DNA of 63,498 bases, counting the filler, from Octopus bimaculoides (Eukaryota): assembly GCF_001194135.2 (NCBI RefSeq). It is 6 parts of 6 records of this genome, joined end to end, with 100 filler letters (N's around TTAATTAATTAA, not from the genome) between each part and the next. Parts side by side here need not be neighbours in the genome. Positions count along the whole stretch, not along the records: positions 1 to 30,290 come from NC_068985.1; 5 more parts are not named here. One strand, 5' to 3'. Positions 13,547 to 25,668 of this stretch are shown here, one piece after another; within the stretch, counting starts at the first letter, position 1; every line of letters begins with the position of its first letter. Position numbers and translations under genes: made by a program. Below the pieces are notes generated by a model, which was given only the letters and a program-made list of their open reading frames with translations, was not told where the DNA came from and did not search any database.

Positions 13547-13717
13547 AATATCTAATTATGTAGTAATTCTAAAGAGTAATCTTATTTAATGATGTATTAA
13601 TGTAAGCACAGCAACTTAAAGCTGCTGTCCAGTACAGAAACAAATGTTATGATTTGTTATTAAAGCCTGGTAATTTCCATACTCATGTTTTATTAGTCTT
13701 ATGTGTGTGCTCCTTGC

Positions 13718-13772
<55 letters not shown>

Positions 13773-13799
13773 CATACACACACACACACACAAGAGTTA

Positions 13800-16530
13800 T
13801 AGAATGGAATATGAGAAATCCAGGCTACATATGTTTCATAGCAAGTGGAACTTCAGAAGTGGTAAAATCCAAGTGAGGTGTATACCACTACTTACTCTTC
13901 AGGCCAGGAACATCTTGATTTGATTAAAGGCTACATTGTTGCACGGATGTACATGTTGATGCACAGATTCAATCAGAATGTGTGGAGGGCACAATATGTG
14001 AGGGGTATATAAATGAGGAGAGAAATAAGTAATAGAAGAGGGGAAGACAGAAGAGAAAGAAGAATAAATAAGATAAAATATAGGGAATGAGAGAAAGGAG
14101 GAATTGGACAGGTCAGTGATAGATAATGTTGTAGTTTTAGCTTAATCACAGAATTCTGTAGTGGGATTGGCATTTGAAGAGAAGAGAAATTGGAGGGGAG
14201 AGGGTGGGTAAATATTTTTGGTCATGGGTGACAAAAGAAAGTATGTATGAATAAAGCAAAGTAGGGTGGGGAGTTTAAGCACAGCTAGGGGTTTTATGGT
14301 AAAAGGTCATAAATTGGTACAAGAAAAAGGAAAAAATTGAATGAAGTGGTGAAGGTGTATGTAGGCATATGTATCTGTACATTTACGGGTAGAGTGGGTA
14401 GGAGGGGACAGAGTAGAAATATAAAGAGAGAATAGTATTTTAGGTAGTAAGTAAAAATACAAGTAGAAAATTGTAATTGACAATTAAGGAATTAAAAGAG
14501 GTGAAAATAATATTGTTGGTTTAATACGCTATGGTAGTGAAGGTGGATGAATGCGGAAAAGAATATATAAGAGTTATGAAGAGACAAGAGTGAGGTGGGG
14601 TTGTAATTAATTGTATTTTGAGAGTAGGTTTAGTGCCCGATGTTTGCAGGTGAATATTATACTGCTGCGCTTATTGAGACAGTCTGTGGATTGCAAAATA
14701 GTCATGACCTCGGCTATGCAGAGATCACACTTATTATCATATCCACTGTATGGTTTGGCATGGGTGATTATAGACCATTTGAGAGTGTAAAGAGTTGAGT
14801 CAAGTGTTAGTTTATTGATAAGTTTAGATAACGATGTACTGTTAGATTTTGTATGGGATTTGAAGCTAGAGTAGTGATTGCTCACTCTAGCTTTGAAGGT
14901 GGTGCTTCATGAGCCAATGTAAATGTAGTTGTAGTTGTTAGTTGATACTGTGCACTTATAAAGCATGTTTTTAGTAAGACAGTGGTTATCTAAAGGACAG
15001 GAGGATTGGTGTCTGAAACTGCATAGGTTTGTGGGGGGTGCTCCAGATGAGCTTGTGAGGGGATTGTTATTTAATGAAGAGTCAGTGTTTGGTTCGTTAT
15101 TGTAGTTGGTGCTAAGGTTATTAATTGTTAAGGGGTTGATGGTGGTATTGTTGGGTTGTATGGAATGATAATTATTGTGTCCAGTGATATCCTCAGTAGT
15201 ATTTTTTATTGTGGTAGGAGGTATATTTGGGTGTTGTGGTAAATTTAAGGGTCGGGTGTTAGCAATGACACTATAGTTTTAGTTATGAGGGTTTGTTGTG
15301 AGGCACTATAGTTGTAGTTATGAGGGTTATTTTGTTTGGTGTATTGGTTTTATATGTATGGAGTTAGGGGTTATGTTGAATTAATTTACAAGGGTGGGGG
15401 TTAGCCATTAGTGGATTTCAGAGTTTCTTGTTAAGATGTTGGATAACTCCAGCAATGTTGGTGGTGGTGGAGTAGGATAATTTTATAGATTGGGGGTTAA
15501 ATATTTTTCTAAGAGGGTTAGCTTTAGGGAAATCTTTTTTGAGTTGGGTGAAGAAGAGTTTGGGTACTCAAGTCTGGATGTTAAGGGCGAAGGTGAGGGT
15601 GGAACCATATAATGTCTTGGATTCTACTTTATTTAATATGATTGGTGGGGGGTTACCTATGTGGAGATAGGGTTTTGGATGTGTATGTTGGTGTCTGTTT
15701 TGGTGAGTTATCTGGTGGTGGTGGGGGGAGTTGTTAGGTTGATTTCTATTCCAATCTTGGGGTGCATATTGGGGATGATTTACGTCTATCATTTGGGGGT
15801 TAGGAACTGTTTTTTGCTCTAGGTTTTTCAGTTGAATGTTTATATCTAGCACATTGTAGGGAACAGACAATGAGAAGATCCAGTAGGACATGATTTCTAC
15901 AATAGATTTTAGGATGGAGGTGAAGTTCATGTTGTGGAGGTTTCCTCCAGGTTTGTGGTATGGATAGAAGGTTTGGTTTTGTAAGCCCAGGGTAACATCT
16001 AAGAAATTAGCCATTTTAACATTGTTACAGAAAGAGATGCTGAGGCTAACATTTTTAAAGAAGCTTCTTAATCTTTTTTTTAGTTTGTTCCATTGTCCAG
16101 TTACTAGAATCTTGGATAATGAACAAAGTGTCATCTCTGTATCGACCACCGGAGATGTTGGGAAATTGTTCATGGAGACCGTTAAGTAGGTAGAGTTCAA
16201 CAAGTTCAGTAACTTGGATGGATGTCTCTTTGCAGGCCCAGGATTTCCCATCAAAGGATATGATATTTCAGGGGGCTGCTAGTATAATGTCAATATCTCC
16301 ATGAGATAGATTGGAATATTCCTTGGCAAAAATTAGAACCTTATATTTGTACTCCGTCCTACCCCTCTTAAACGTACAGATACATGTGCCTACATATACC
16401 TTCACCACTTCATTCAATTTTTTTCTTTTTCTTGTACCAGACTTTTTACCATAAAGCCCCAATCCCTCCTTTCTCTCATTCCCGTATATTTTATTTTATT
16501 TATTCTTTTTCGCATAATCAGCAACCCTGG
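13800..16530 (-). mobile_element. Penelope-like retroelement (RT C-terminus + GIY-YIG) with inverted terminal copy
   Basis: ORF 15568-16254 has ANFLDVTLGLQNQTFYPYHKP. ORF 14607-14885 has LKWSIITHAKPYSGYDNKCDLCIAEV..LNKRSSIIFTCKHR. 16320-16510 is an inverted copy of parts of 14050-14430. Confidence 0.85.
13819..13909 (-). ncRNA. Type I hammerhead-like motif with extended stem II at the 3' end of the minus-strand Penelope
   Basis: rc: TCCTGGC-CTGAAGA-GTAAGT..AGTGGTA/TACCACT..ACTTGC-TAT-GAAA-C-ATAT-GTA-GCCTGGA. Stem I pairs 6/7, the stem III loop ATAT is palindromic, the triplet is GUA, and there are 3 extra nt before GAAA. Confidence 0.65.
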
Positions 16531-17039
16531 TTNNNNNNNNNNNNNNNNNNNNNNNNNNNNNNNNNNNNNNNNNNNNNNNNNNNNNNNNNNNNNNNNNNNN
16601 NNNNNNNNNNNNNNNNNNNNNNNNNNNNNNNNATATATATATATATATATATACATACATACATATATATACACACACACATGCACACACACACACACAT
16701 GTATGTGTATATGAATGCATTTATGTATATATGTAGTGAAAGGTGTAGTAGCTGTGACCTTTTGATGTGATATCTTCTATTGATGTGTTTATATTATTGC
16801 CTCTATACTTCCCATTGATATCAAGATCAATAAAGACACGATTGATTTGTTCAACAACTCTAACATCATCCCTCACTTTACAAAGACAGAATAGTTTTGG
16901 AAATCATTGTTTCCATCTCCATGTTGTCGCTCTGCCGTTATTTCAGGATTTTACCATTTCCTGTTTAACAGACTAAATATTTGATGCTAAATGAGACACT
17001 TAGTTTATACACTCAACAACAACTACACCTACTACTACA

Positions 17040-17650
17040 ATGCAAATAGATTTAGCTTACAAACATTCAGATACACAGCAACAACTACAACAGTAACAGT
17101 AGATTAACTACATACACAGACATGTTGAACATACACACACACACACACCACACATTTTAAGTTCAGTATGCACATATAGCTACCACAATAATTACTACAT
17201 CATAGATTTAATTTGCACGCACACACACACACACACACAAGCACAAACAAATGATACATTTTATACACACATACACACAAAACTATTACAACTATAATAG
17301 CTACAAGTAGATTTAGTTTGCACATACACAAACACACACAACATAAATTATACATTTAACAAACACACACAACAATAACAGCTACTACACAGATTTAGTT
17401 TACACACATAGAAAACACAACACAAATGACAGATTTAGTTCATACATACACACACACATACACATGTTACATTTAGCTCACATACACACACTCACACAAA
17501 TGTTATATTTAGTTCATACACATGCACACAGATGTTACATTTAGCTCTCACACACATATACTTACACACAAATATTACAATTAGCTTCATATATATACAT
17601 ATTTCTGCATACGCACACACACACACAAATGTTACATTTAGCTCACATAC
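17040..17650. repeat. Compound minisatellite of ATGTTACATTTAGCTCA-like motifs separated by (CA)n
   Basis: More than 10 variants of ..(g/c)atttagtt/ctcacatacaca... Confidence 0.7.
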
Positions 17651-18132
17651 ATTTAAAAGATTTATTTTACATACAACAAAACAAATATATAGTTTATATA
17701 TTCACANNNNNNNNNNNNNNNNNNNNNNNNNNNNNNNNNNNNNNNNNNNNNNNNNNNNNNNNNNNNNNNNNNNNNNNNNNNNNNNNNNNNNNNNNNNNNN
17801 NNNNNNNNNNNNNNNNNNGAAGAACAGTAGAGGGAAGAATGAGAGGGGGAGATAGATATAGAGATAGAGAGAGTCGCGTTAGAAAAATAGTTAAAACTTA
17901 CTGTATAAAGGTTAACGCGTGCGTTCTGTCGTGATACAAACAATATATGAGTATATGCATATATATGTACATGTATGTACATACCTTCATCTACACGTAC
18001 ATATAGATACATAACTGGGTACATGACGTGGCAAAAGAACATGGACAAAATGATAAACAAGGTACAATAAACAAGCAAGCCACATAGAAACATCTCCTTC
18101 ATCAGCTGCCACCATTAAAACACCATACCAGA

Positions 18133-18271
18133 TCTATGAGGTTACCCTGGGTTTTATGTCCATAAAGTGCTTAGCTTTTCAGTTTCTTCAGACCCTAACC
18201 ACATTAGGGTCCGAAGAAACACCATAAAGCCAAGTGCTTTATGGACATGAAACCCAGAGTAACCCCATAGA
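18133..18271. repeat. 139-bp near-perfect palindrome (foldback)
   Basis: Outer 35-bp arms have 3 mismatches; the inner 17-bp arms GTTTCTTCAGACCCTAA / TTAGGGTCCGAAGAAAC have 1 mismatch around a 5-nt loop. Confidence 0.9.
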
Positions 18272-18364
18272 CCAGCCATAACTATCTTTACCTAATTATT
18301 CTACTGCTCTATAACTTAAGAGAGTGCTTCTCATTTGGATTTATGAGTTACTGACAATATATAT

Positions 18365-18562
18365 GCATAAATGCACCTGTGCCAGTGGTACATAAAAAGC
18401 ACCCAGCACACTCTGTTAAGTGGTTGGCATTAAGAAAGGTATCCAGCCATAGAAACCATACCATAAGTGACAATTGGAGTCTGAACATCTCCCAGCTGGT
18501 CAGCTCCATGTCATACCATCCAACCCATGCCAGCACGGAAAGCAGACATTAAACGATGATGA
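18365..18562 (+). mobile_element. RTE-family 3' tail fragment ending in (GAT)n
   Basis: Ends AAACGATGATGATGAT, the same tail seen inverted at 29562-29583. Confidence 0.6.
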
Positions 18563-18848
18563 TGATGATATACCACCTTTGATATATATAAGGAAACTGA
18601 GAGAAGCCTGTCATATCTATGCATTTGTGTGTGTGTTTCTGTTTGCCTCCCACAAGTTTGACAGCTGGTGTTGGTGTGTTTACATCCCCATAACTTAGCA
18701 GTTCAACAAAAGACACTGTTATGACAAGTACCCGGCTTTAAAAGAATAATAAAGTACTGGGGTCAATTCTTTCAACTAAAATTTCTTCAAGGCAATGCCC
18801 CAGCATGGCCACAGTGTAATGACTAAAAGAAGTAAAAGATAACAGATG

Positions 18849-18913
<65 letters not shown>

Positions 18914-20583
18914 ATTAAGATAGATAGGATGATAATTTTGGTGTTACTTTGGGAAGCACTCACACAGATGGCAGCTGTCTGTAAATTGCAAAAGGAGAAT
19001 GTCCTTGTGGAAACTGATTATTTAATGTACTGTTTTTGTAAATTGTTCCAATGAAACCACTCCCTGGACTGATATGTGATATACGTTATGCAGCATGCAT
19101 GACTAAACCATTGTTACCATACATGTCTAAAGACATACTGTATGAATAGTCAGCATGGAGTTGTTGAAACAATTGTCGACCTGAAATAGAAATATTATTG
19201 TTTGTGTGTGTGTGTCTGAAGGCAAAATGTAATGGTTATATGGTAAGGATATAATAACAATTGTGACAATGATGAAATATATTTAGAGGAGGAACTTCTT
19301 ATACATTATTTCAGGATATTGAAATTTTTATAAGAAGCAATAGAAGAGTGAATCCTACCCTGTTATTTACCCATCTACCTTCAGCTAACATGGGTGGCTT
19401 CTAACTGGTTGCTCAAAATATCAGAAGTAGCAATCACATATCCTTCAAAATCACACCCTACCATCTTAGATTAGTAAAGACACATTAGACAATGCAGTCC
19501 TAGTTATACTGTTTTGCAAATAAGGTGAGGTGGTCATGGTTGGGATATTCTCTTGATTAGTGCTAGGGTTAAACAGGAACAACAAGAACAGTCAATTATT
19601 TTTTTGCTATGGTTTTGTTGAATCAATACTAGACCAGCCCTTCACCACCATTAACGCCACAACAATAACATTGGTATCAATGCTTTAGAGTCAGAAATTT
19701 GTGCAAATAATTTAACTTGCTGTGGGAATATTTATTGTATAACTCTAACAAAAAACAGGTTTCCTTCCATCCACTATTATACAATTAATTATTGATTATC
19801 AGTTTAATTGTCGTTATGTAGACACAATGTCTGTTTAGGTTAAGGTGCTTGACTAACGATCTAAGTTTAAACATTACCGCTCCCACAATTCTCTTATCTA
19901 CCCTAACTAGATATGCCACTTTGTGTGCTCAGTATTGTTTCATTCCTTAAACCCAGGTTCCATTCTTATTTCATGGTTGAAGGATTTACAGGAAATGCAT
20001 ATGGTGGAGCAATTAATTATTTGAAGGGTGTGTTTGAAATTGGATATAGCTATAATTAACAACATATATTGGATTAAAACAAAAACAACCTTAGATTGAA
20101 ATAAAAGGTCAAAGGGGCTACTTGCAGACTGGAATCCACATCTTCTGTACCCATGACAGTTATGCTAACCACTATAATAAAGTAGTCTTTAGCTTCTCTG
20201 CCAAAGGTTACCTTAGATAAGAAACTTTAGTTTCACAAATGAGAAACCTAAGTCTGTTTACATCATGTAGATGCTTCAATGTAGATGCTTCAATGTAGAT
20301 GCTTCAAGAAGATCTGAAATGTATTGCTTTAAAGGCTAAGTTTATAAATAGATAGAGTTATAAATAATAACTTCTGCAAGCGTCTTCTACTACAGCCCTG
20401 GGCTGTTTAAAGCCTTGTAAGTGAATTTGGTAGACAGAAACTGAAACAGCACTTTGTACTAGGTAGACAGAAATAAGCACTTTGTACCAGTCATTAAATT
20501 AATAGCATTTAATTAAAAAAATACCTTTTTTTGGTCACACAAGAGGCACTAGACAATAAAAATAAAGACATACATCTGGTATG

Positions 20584-20804
20584 TACGAGGGGGTGCTGAA
20601 AAGTTTCTGGCTTTAAGGGTATCTCGAAAGGCCTGGCTGGAGACCCAACCTTCCTAGTTCTTTTACAGGGCTTAAAAAAACTGAAGGACCACTGCAATAA
20701 GTGTGTGAATCTGAGAGGGGAATATGTTCAATAAAATCACAATTAACTGATGCTCCTGTATTTTCTCTTACTCGAAGCCAAGAACTTTTTAGCACCTCCT
20801 CATA
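20584..20804 (+). mobile_element. Mariner-derived MITE
   Basis: TIRs TACGAGGGGGTGCTGAAAAGTTTCTGGCT / AGCCAAGAACTTTTTAGCACCTCCTCATA; retains the transposase C-terminus GLKKLKDHCNKCVNLRGEYVQ*. A related partial copy is at about 53015-53145 (-). Confidence 0.85.
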
Positions 20805-21339
20805 TACCTTGTCAACCCCCTTCTCAATGTATACATAATTTAGCAAAAAGCAATGAAAACCTTGAAAAGAATAATTTACTAGTCAGTAGTTCTGTAGTTT
20901 TGGTTAATCAATCGATCAACTGATGGATTGATTAAACATGCAAACCCCAATGTGCAATGGATGCATTGTACTAAACTATTTGAAACACATGTAAGCAACA
21001 TGAATCATTGATAGTGCATCTTCATTCTTTGTTTTTTCTATGTGTATGTATGTAAGTATATTTGTATGCATGTATATATGTAAGTATATTTGTATGCATG
21101 TGTGTATGTTTGTGTGTATTCTTGTCATGATATCATATGATGGTTGCAAATGACCAGCGCCTTCATATAAGCAAAGTTGTCCATCACAATCATGTCTGTT
21201 TGAAAACAGGTGAGGTTGGCAACAGGAAGAGGCTTTGGATAGAGAAAATCTGTTTCAGTGAGTTCCATCTGAGTCATGGAAAAGTAGATGTGAAAATGAT
21301 GATGATGATAATATTAGATTTAAAAAAACTTTGGAAATG

Positions 21340-22165
21340 GGCAAAAGTTTGACAGTTACCTGTGGTACACAAACCCATGTCGCTTCTGTAGTCTTTGATC
21401 TTTTCCTATCTAAAAGCTTTTATCACATGCTATGATGTATAACTGTATCCAATTCAAGACTCACCCTTAAAATGATTTATTTCACATCTCCAAGCTTCTC
21501 TGATGTAAATGAATGCTAGAACAAATAAACCATCCCACTCATTGACAATCATAAACATGGTTGTAAACTTGCAGCATCAAAAAAACCTACATCCAAAGTG
21601 ATTTTATGACTACTGCTAAATAGAGAATCACAATTCAGTTCTTTGCCTGATGAATGTTGTTGTTTATATTTTTATTGCTTTATTTAAGGGGGTCAATGCT
21701 GTATGCATGGTAGATGTAGGTCTTTAAAAACCTGTTAGATCAATGTAGTTAATGTTGGTCAATAGCTGCAGGCAAACATTGATAAGAATGCCATTCCAGA
21801 AGGTGGAACTCTGAGGAAGAATAACTGCATAGAGTTGTTAGCAGGGAGCCAATGGTGGATGGATAATATAGATGACAGAAGAATGAGAGGTGACTGAGTG
21901 AAAGGTACCTGATTACCACCAAGAATTTTGTTGACACAGCACTTTTGAAATGTTTGATTGACAGGGATTGGCCTGGTCTTGTACCTCCTATATTCAAGTA
22001 CCTTTCATCCTTCTGTCACCTATGTTGTCCACACCCACTCACCCTCCATGCCCATACTAACAGCTCTATAGAGTCCCTCTTCCCCAATGTACTGATCTTC
22101 TGGAATTGCCTTCCTGACAATGTTTTTTCTGTGTATGTTAATTCACAAGTTCAAGACTAACATTA
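21340..22165 (+). mobile_element. Highly decayed CR1/L2-like LINE 3' fragment
   Basis: C-terminal peptide HTNSSIESLFPNVLIFWNCLPDNVF matches the S-F-F-P-x4-W-N-x-L-P motif; upstream remnant resembles D-L-S-K-A-F. Confidence 0.55.
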
Positions 22166-22534
22166 ACAACCAGGTAACCAATTTGGTAGATGGAAGACTA
22201 CTGTGTGGGAGCCTGACAAAGGAATCCTTCCTTGTTCTTTTAGTTACCACTTTCTAATGTTTTGATGAAAAGGGAAGGGGTACATTGGATTGCATAATGA
22301 AATCCTGAAAATAATATGGATTAGTCATGGTTGGAACATCACAGGACAAAAATCTGCTCAAACAAGGCAGACCTGGGGATTAAACAACAACAATATTCAG
22401 AATGTAACATTTAAATACATGCACCTACATTGTATTCATCTTCCTTGTATACAACAACAGACTGATGTTTTGAAATCATTGATAAAGTTATTAATGTCTC
22501 CACTTGTTTACCATTCTTCTTGTCTCTTTTACAG

Positions 22535-22819
22535 AAAAGCCACACTGCTCCATACCACCAATGCCATTAATGGTCAATGTATTAACTCACTTTAACTGTT
22601 CGGTCAATTATGCTGGACTGAATGCCCCACATCTGGAATGGTACCATGGACCAGATATAATGGACACAGACAGCAATATAACCAGTTCCACAGTGTCATC
22701 AACACTGACCATTTCTGCAACCAGAGACAAAAATGGACATATCTTCACCTGTTATGCCAAATATGAGGAACAAACCTTCACTACATATTGTCAAACCATT
22801 CCACCCCTCAGTATTTACT
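22535..22819 (+). CDS. Internal exon encoding one immunoglobulin-superfamily (C2/I-set-like) domain
   Basis: Acceptor tcttcttgtctcttttacag and donor gtaagt; 285 nt, phase 1-1. Peptide KPHCSIPPMPLMVNVLTHFNCSVNYAGLNAPHLEWYHGPDIMDTDSNITSSTVSSTLTISATRDKNGHIFTCYAKYEEQTFTTYCQTIPPLSIY has the canonical C-W-C, STLTI and D-x-G-x2-F-x-C motifs. Confidence 0.9.
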
Positions 22820-24209
22820 GTAAGTATTCTCTATTCACTGGTCCTTCGGTACCTTAAGCTTTGGGTGGCTGTCCTAACATGGTAGTAGATCTGGTCTCTC
22901 AATCTGCTAGAAATAACAGCTAAATCTCCTTCACACAACAGTATACTGCTTTAAAGATGAAGAGTGGATAGTATTGTTCTTGATATTAAAAAAAAAAATG
23001 AAATTACTATTGAGATCAAGACTGCATGATCACAGAACTCATTTGATCATTGGTCTGCTGAGTTAGGGTTGGCCTAGGGCTAAACAACAGCAAAACAACA
23101 ACACTGATCTTTGGCTGTTGTTCAGTGGAGTTTCTTCTGTTGTAAGTATTCAGAGTAGGTCTTTGTTTCCTTTCTCGCATAGAAATGGAGTAACAACCAC
23201 TACCACAGCAACCACTACTAAAAACATCACCACCACTTTTACTATCACTAGAACCTGACCACCCCTATCACCACTACAACCACTACTGCTACCACCACAA
23301 CCACCACTACCTCCACAATCAAAATTACCATCATCAGAGTGACCATGACTACCACCAACACCTGTACATCACTACCTCACCACCACCGTCTATCATTTAT
23401 TGCTACTGAGAGCTGTTGTTTGGAACATAACTTAAGCAAAAAAGGTTCTGAAATAAAACCAATAATGAAAAAAAAAGAGGTTTAAGTTTAAATTTGGACA
23501 TTTCTAAAGTGAGATATTTTGTATAATAAAAGCAGAGGTGGGGGTGCCAGTTTGTACCTAAAGGGTTAATCTAACACAGTCTACTGAACAGAAAAATATT
23601 TGCTGTAATCGGATACTTAATACAAACCAGGGAGGGAGCAGGAGGGATATGGTTTGTGTTTTAAATATAGGAGGCAGAAATTGCAGTTTTAAATATATTG
23701 AAACATAAAATAAAATATTGGTTGTAGGCATTTCTTTGTATGAGATGAACTTTGCTGAATATTCATGGAACTGTGTTATATATTCTAAAACCAAGTGTGT
23801 GTATGTGTAGAGGTATAGTAAAGTGAAGTGGGGTGGATGTCAATATGATTACTTGTATGTATTTACTGGTATGAGTTGCCAGATTATTTCCTCTTATATC
23901 CTACTTTATTGATCTTTAGAAATATTAAAACCACAAGAAAAAATTAATAATAATAATGATAATAATGATAATAATAATACAAATCTGGATTCTTCTTTTC
24001 TCCATTCTCTATTTATAAGTTTTGACAGATTTGACAAAAGTAGAAAAAAAAAGACGTTTTAAATGAATGCACTTTCCTCAGTGGTCAGGAATGGCTTCAT
24101 TTTATGTGATATTGTTTTAATGTTGTGGCTGGCATGTGTGTGTATACAAACACACACACACATATACGTATATATATATTGATATATATGCATACACACA
24201 AACACACAC

Positions 24210-24292
<83 letters not shown>

Positions 24293-24837
24293 CATATATT
24301 AGTTGTCTAGTAAGTTTTTAAAAGTCAGAAATATACTGGTACTTGTATATTAGGTAATAGGGTAGGTATGTTATTTATACAATTTAGTCTCATAGCTTTC
24401 CATTCATGTTACTAAATGGTTTCATGTTGAAGAACCCTTTAAGTGTAGAAAATTAAATCAATAATCATCAGGCAAAACTGAAAAGATGAGTATAGCTTGA
24501 TCTCTTTATTGCCTGGCTTGGAGGAATATAGTATTTGAGGCATTGTTTTATGATCAGATGCCTTTCTTGATGCTCACTGTTACCTGTTTCTCATGTAAGG
24601 AATCTCTTATTCCACACAGATAATTTGTTGGCAGGAGAAACTGACAACACTGCTATCTGTACTGTACCAGTAGATGCAGGTGTAAACAACCATGCTTGCA
24701 CATGCAATTATCTTCTTCCTGTTTTTGTCTACCAAATCTATTCACAAGATTTAAGTCTATAGTAGAAAACACTTGCACAAATTGTCACCCAATGAACTTA
24801 ACCATAAACCACATGGTTTAAAACCAAATTTCTTAGT

Positions 24838-25237
24838 GGTAAAAAGTTTGCTTCCCACCCACATGGTTCAGGGTTTAGTCTCACTGTGTGGCACCTTGGT
24901 CTAATGTCTTCTACTATACCCTCTGGCTGACCAAAGACTTGTGAGTGGATTTGGTAGATGGAAACGGAAAGACGCCCATCATGTATCTATGTATTTATAT
25001 ATCTATGTGTGTGTGTGTCTATGTGTTAATATTTGTCCCCCACCACTCCTTGACAACTGGTGTTGATGTGTTTACATCCCTGTAACTTAACGGTTTAGCA
25101 AATAGATCAATAGAATAAGTACCAGGCATAAAAAGAAAATAAGTGCTGGGTTATTTGGTTCAACTAAAAATTCTTTAATGGGGTTGCCCAGCATGGCCGC
25201 AGTCTCATGACTGAAACAAGTAAAAAATAAAAGGAAA

Positions 25238-25240
<3 letters not shown>
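24838..25240 (+). mobile_element. SINE family A, near full length
   Basis: Same head, body and tail motifs as 4727-5092; an inverted partial copy lies immediately upstream (about 24715-24832). Confidence 0.85.
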
Positions 25241-25274
<34 letters not shown>

Positions 25275-25668
25275 NNNNNNNNNNNNNNNNNNNNNNNNNN
25301 NNNNNNNNNNNNNNNNNNNNNNNNNNNNNNNNNNNNNNNNNNNNNNNNNNNNNNNNNNNNNNNNNNNNNNNNNNNNNNNNNNNNNNNNNNNNNNNNNNNN
25401 NNNNNNNNNNNNNNNNNNNNNNNNNNNNNNNNNNNNNNNNNNNNNNNNNNNNNNNNNNNNNNNNNNNNNNNNNNNNNNNNNNNNNNNNNNNNNNNNNNNN
25501 NNNNNNNNNNNNNNNNNNNNNNNNNNNNNNNNNNNNNNNNNNNNNNNNNNNNNNNNNNNNNNNNNNNNNNNNNNNNNNNNNNNNNNNNNNNNNNNNNNNN
25601 NNNNNNNNNNNNNNNNNNNNNNNNNNNNNNNNNNNNNNNNNNNNNNNNNNNNNNNNNNNNNNNNNNNA

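Larger units (their letters stand above)
9340..13640 (+). mobile_element. Decayed Penelope-like retroelement (RT to GIY-YIG region), interrupted by SINEs
   Basis: FNITMG, MNFLDVVINLNTEMFESFHKPN, SNHPHSVLK..SISDRILGLSANE, ILWFN, DRHF..YKIFN..VKSSY motifs. The core is 9390-10930; extension to 13640 rests on the terminal hammerhead-like motif. Confidence 0.75.

Noticed and set aside
18095-18112. CTGATGA on the minus strand (also about 49343) as a hammerhead core
   Set aside because: No GAAA follows the putative stem II, so the catalytic core is incomplete.
20265-20306. Three tandem copies of ATGTAGATGCTTCA
   Set aside because: An ordinary short slippage duplication with no further structure.
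23183-23410. Thr/His-rich segment after a good acceptor, possibly a mucin stalk of the Ig protein
   Set aside because: Splicing from the Ig exon gives an immediate TAA, the Thr-rich frame is phase-incompatible, and ACC/ACT low-complexity tracts are common here. A stop-generating terminal exon is not excluded.
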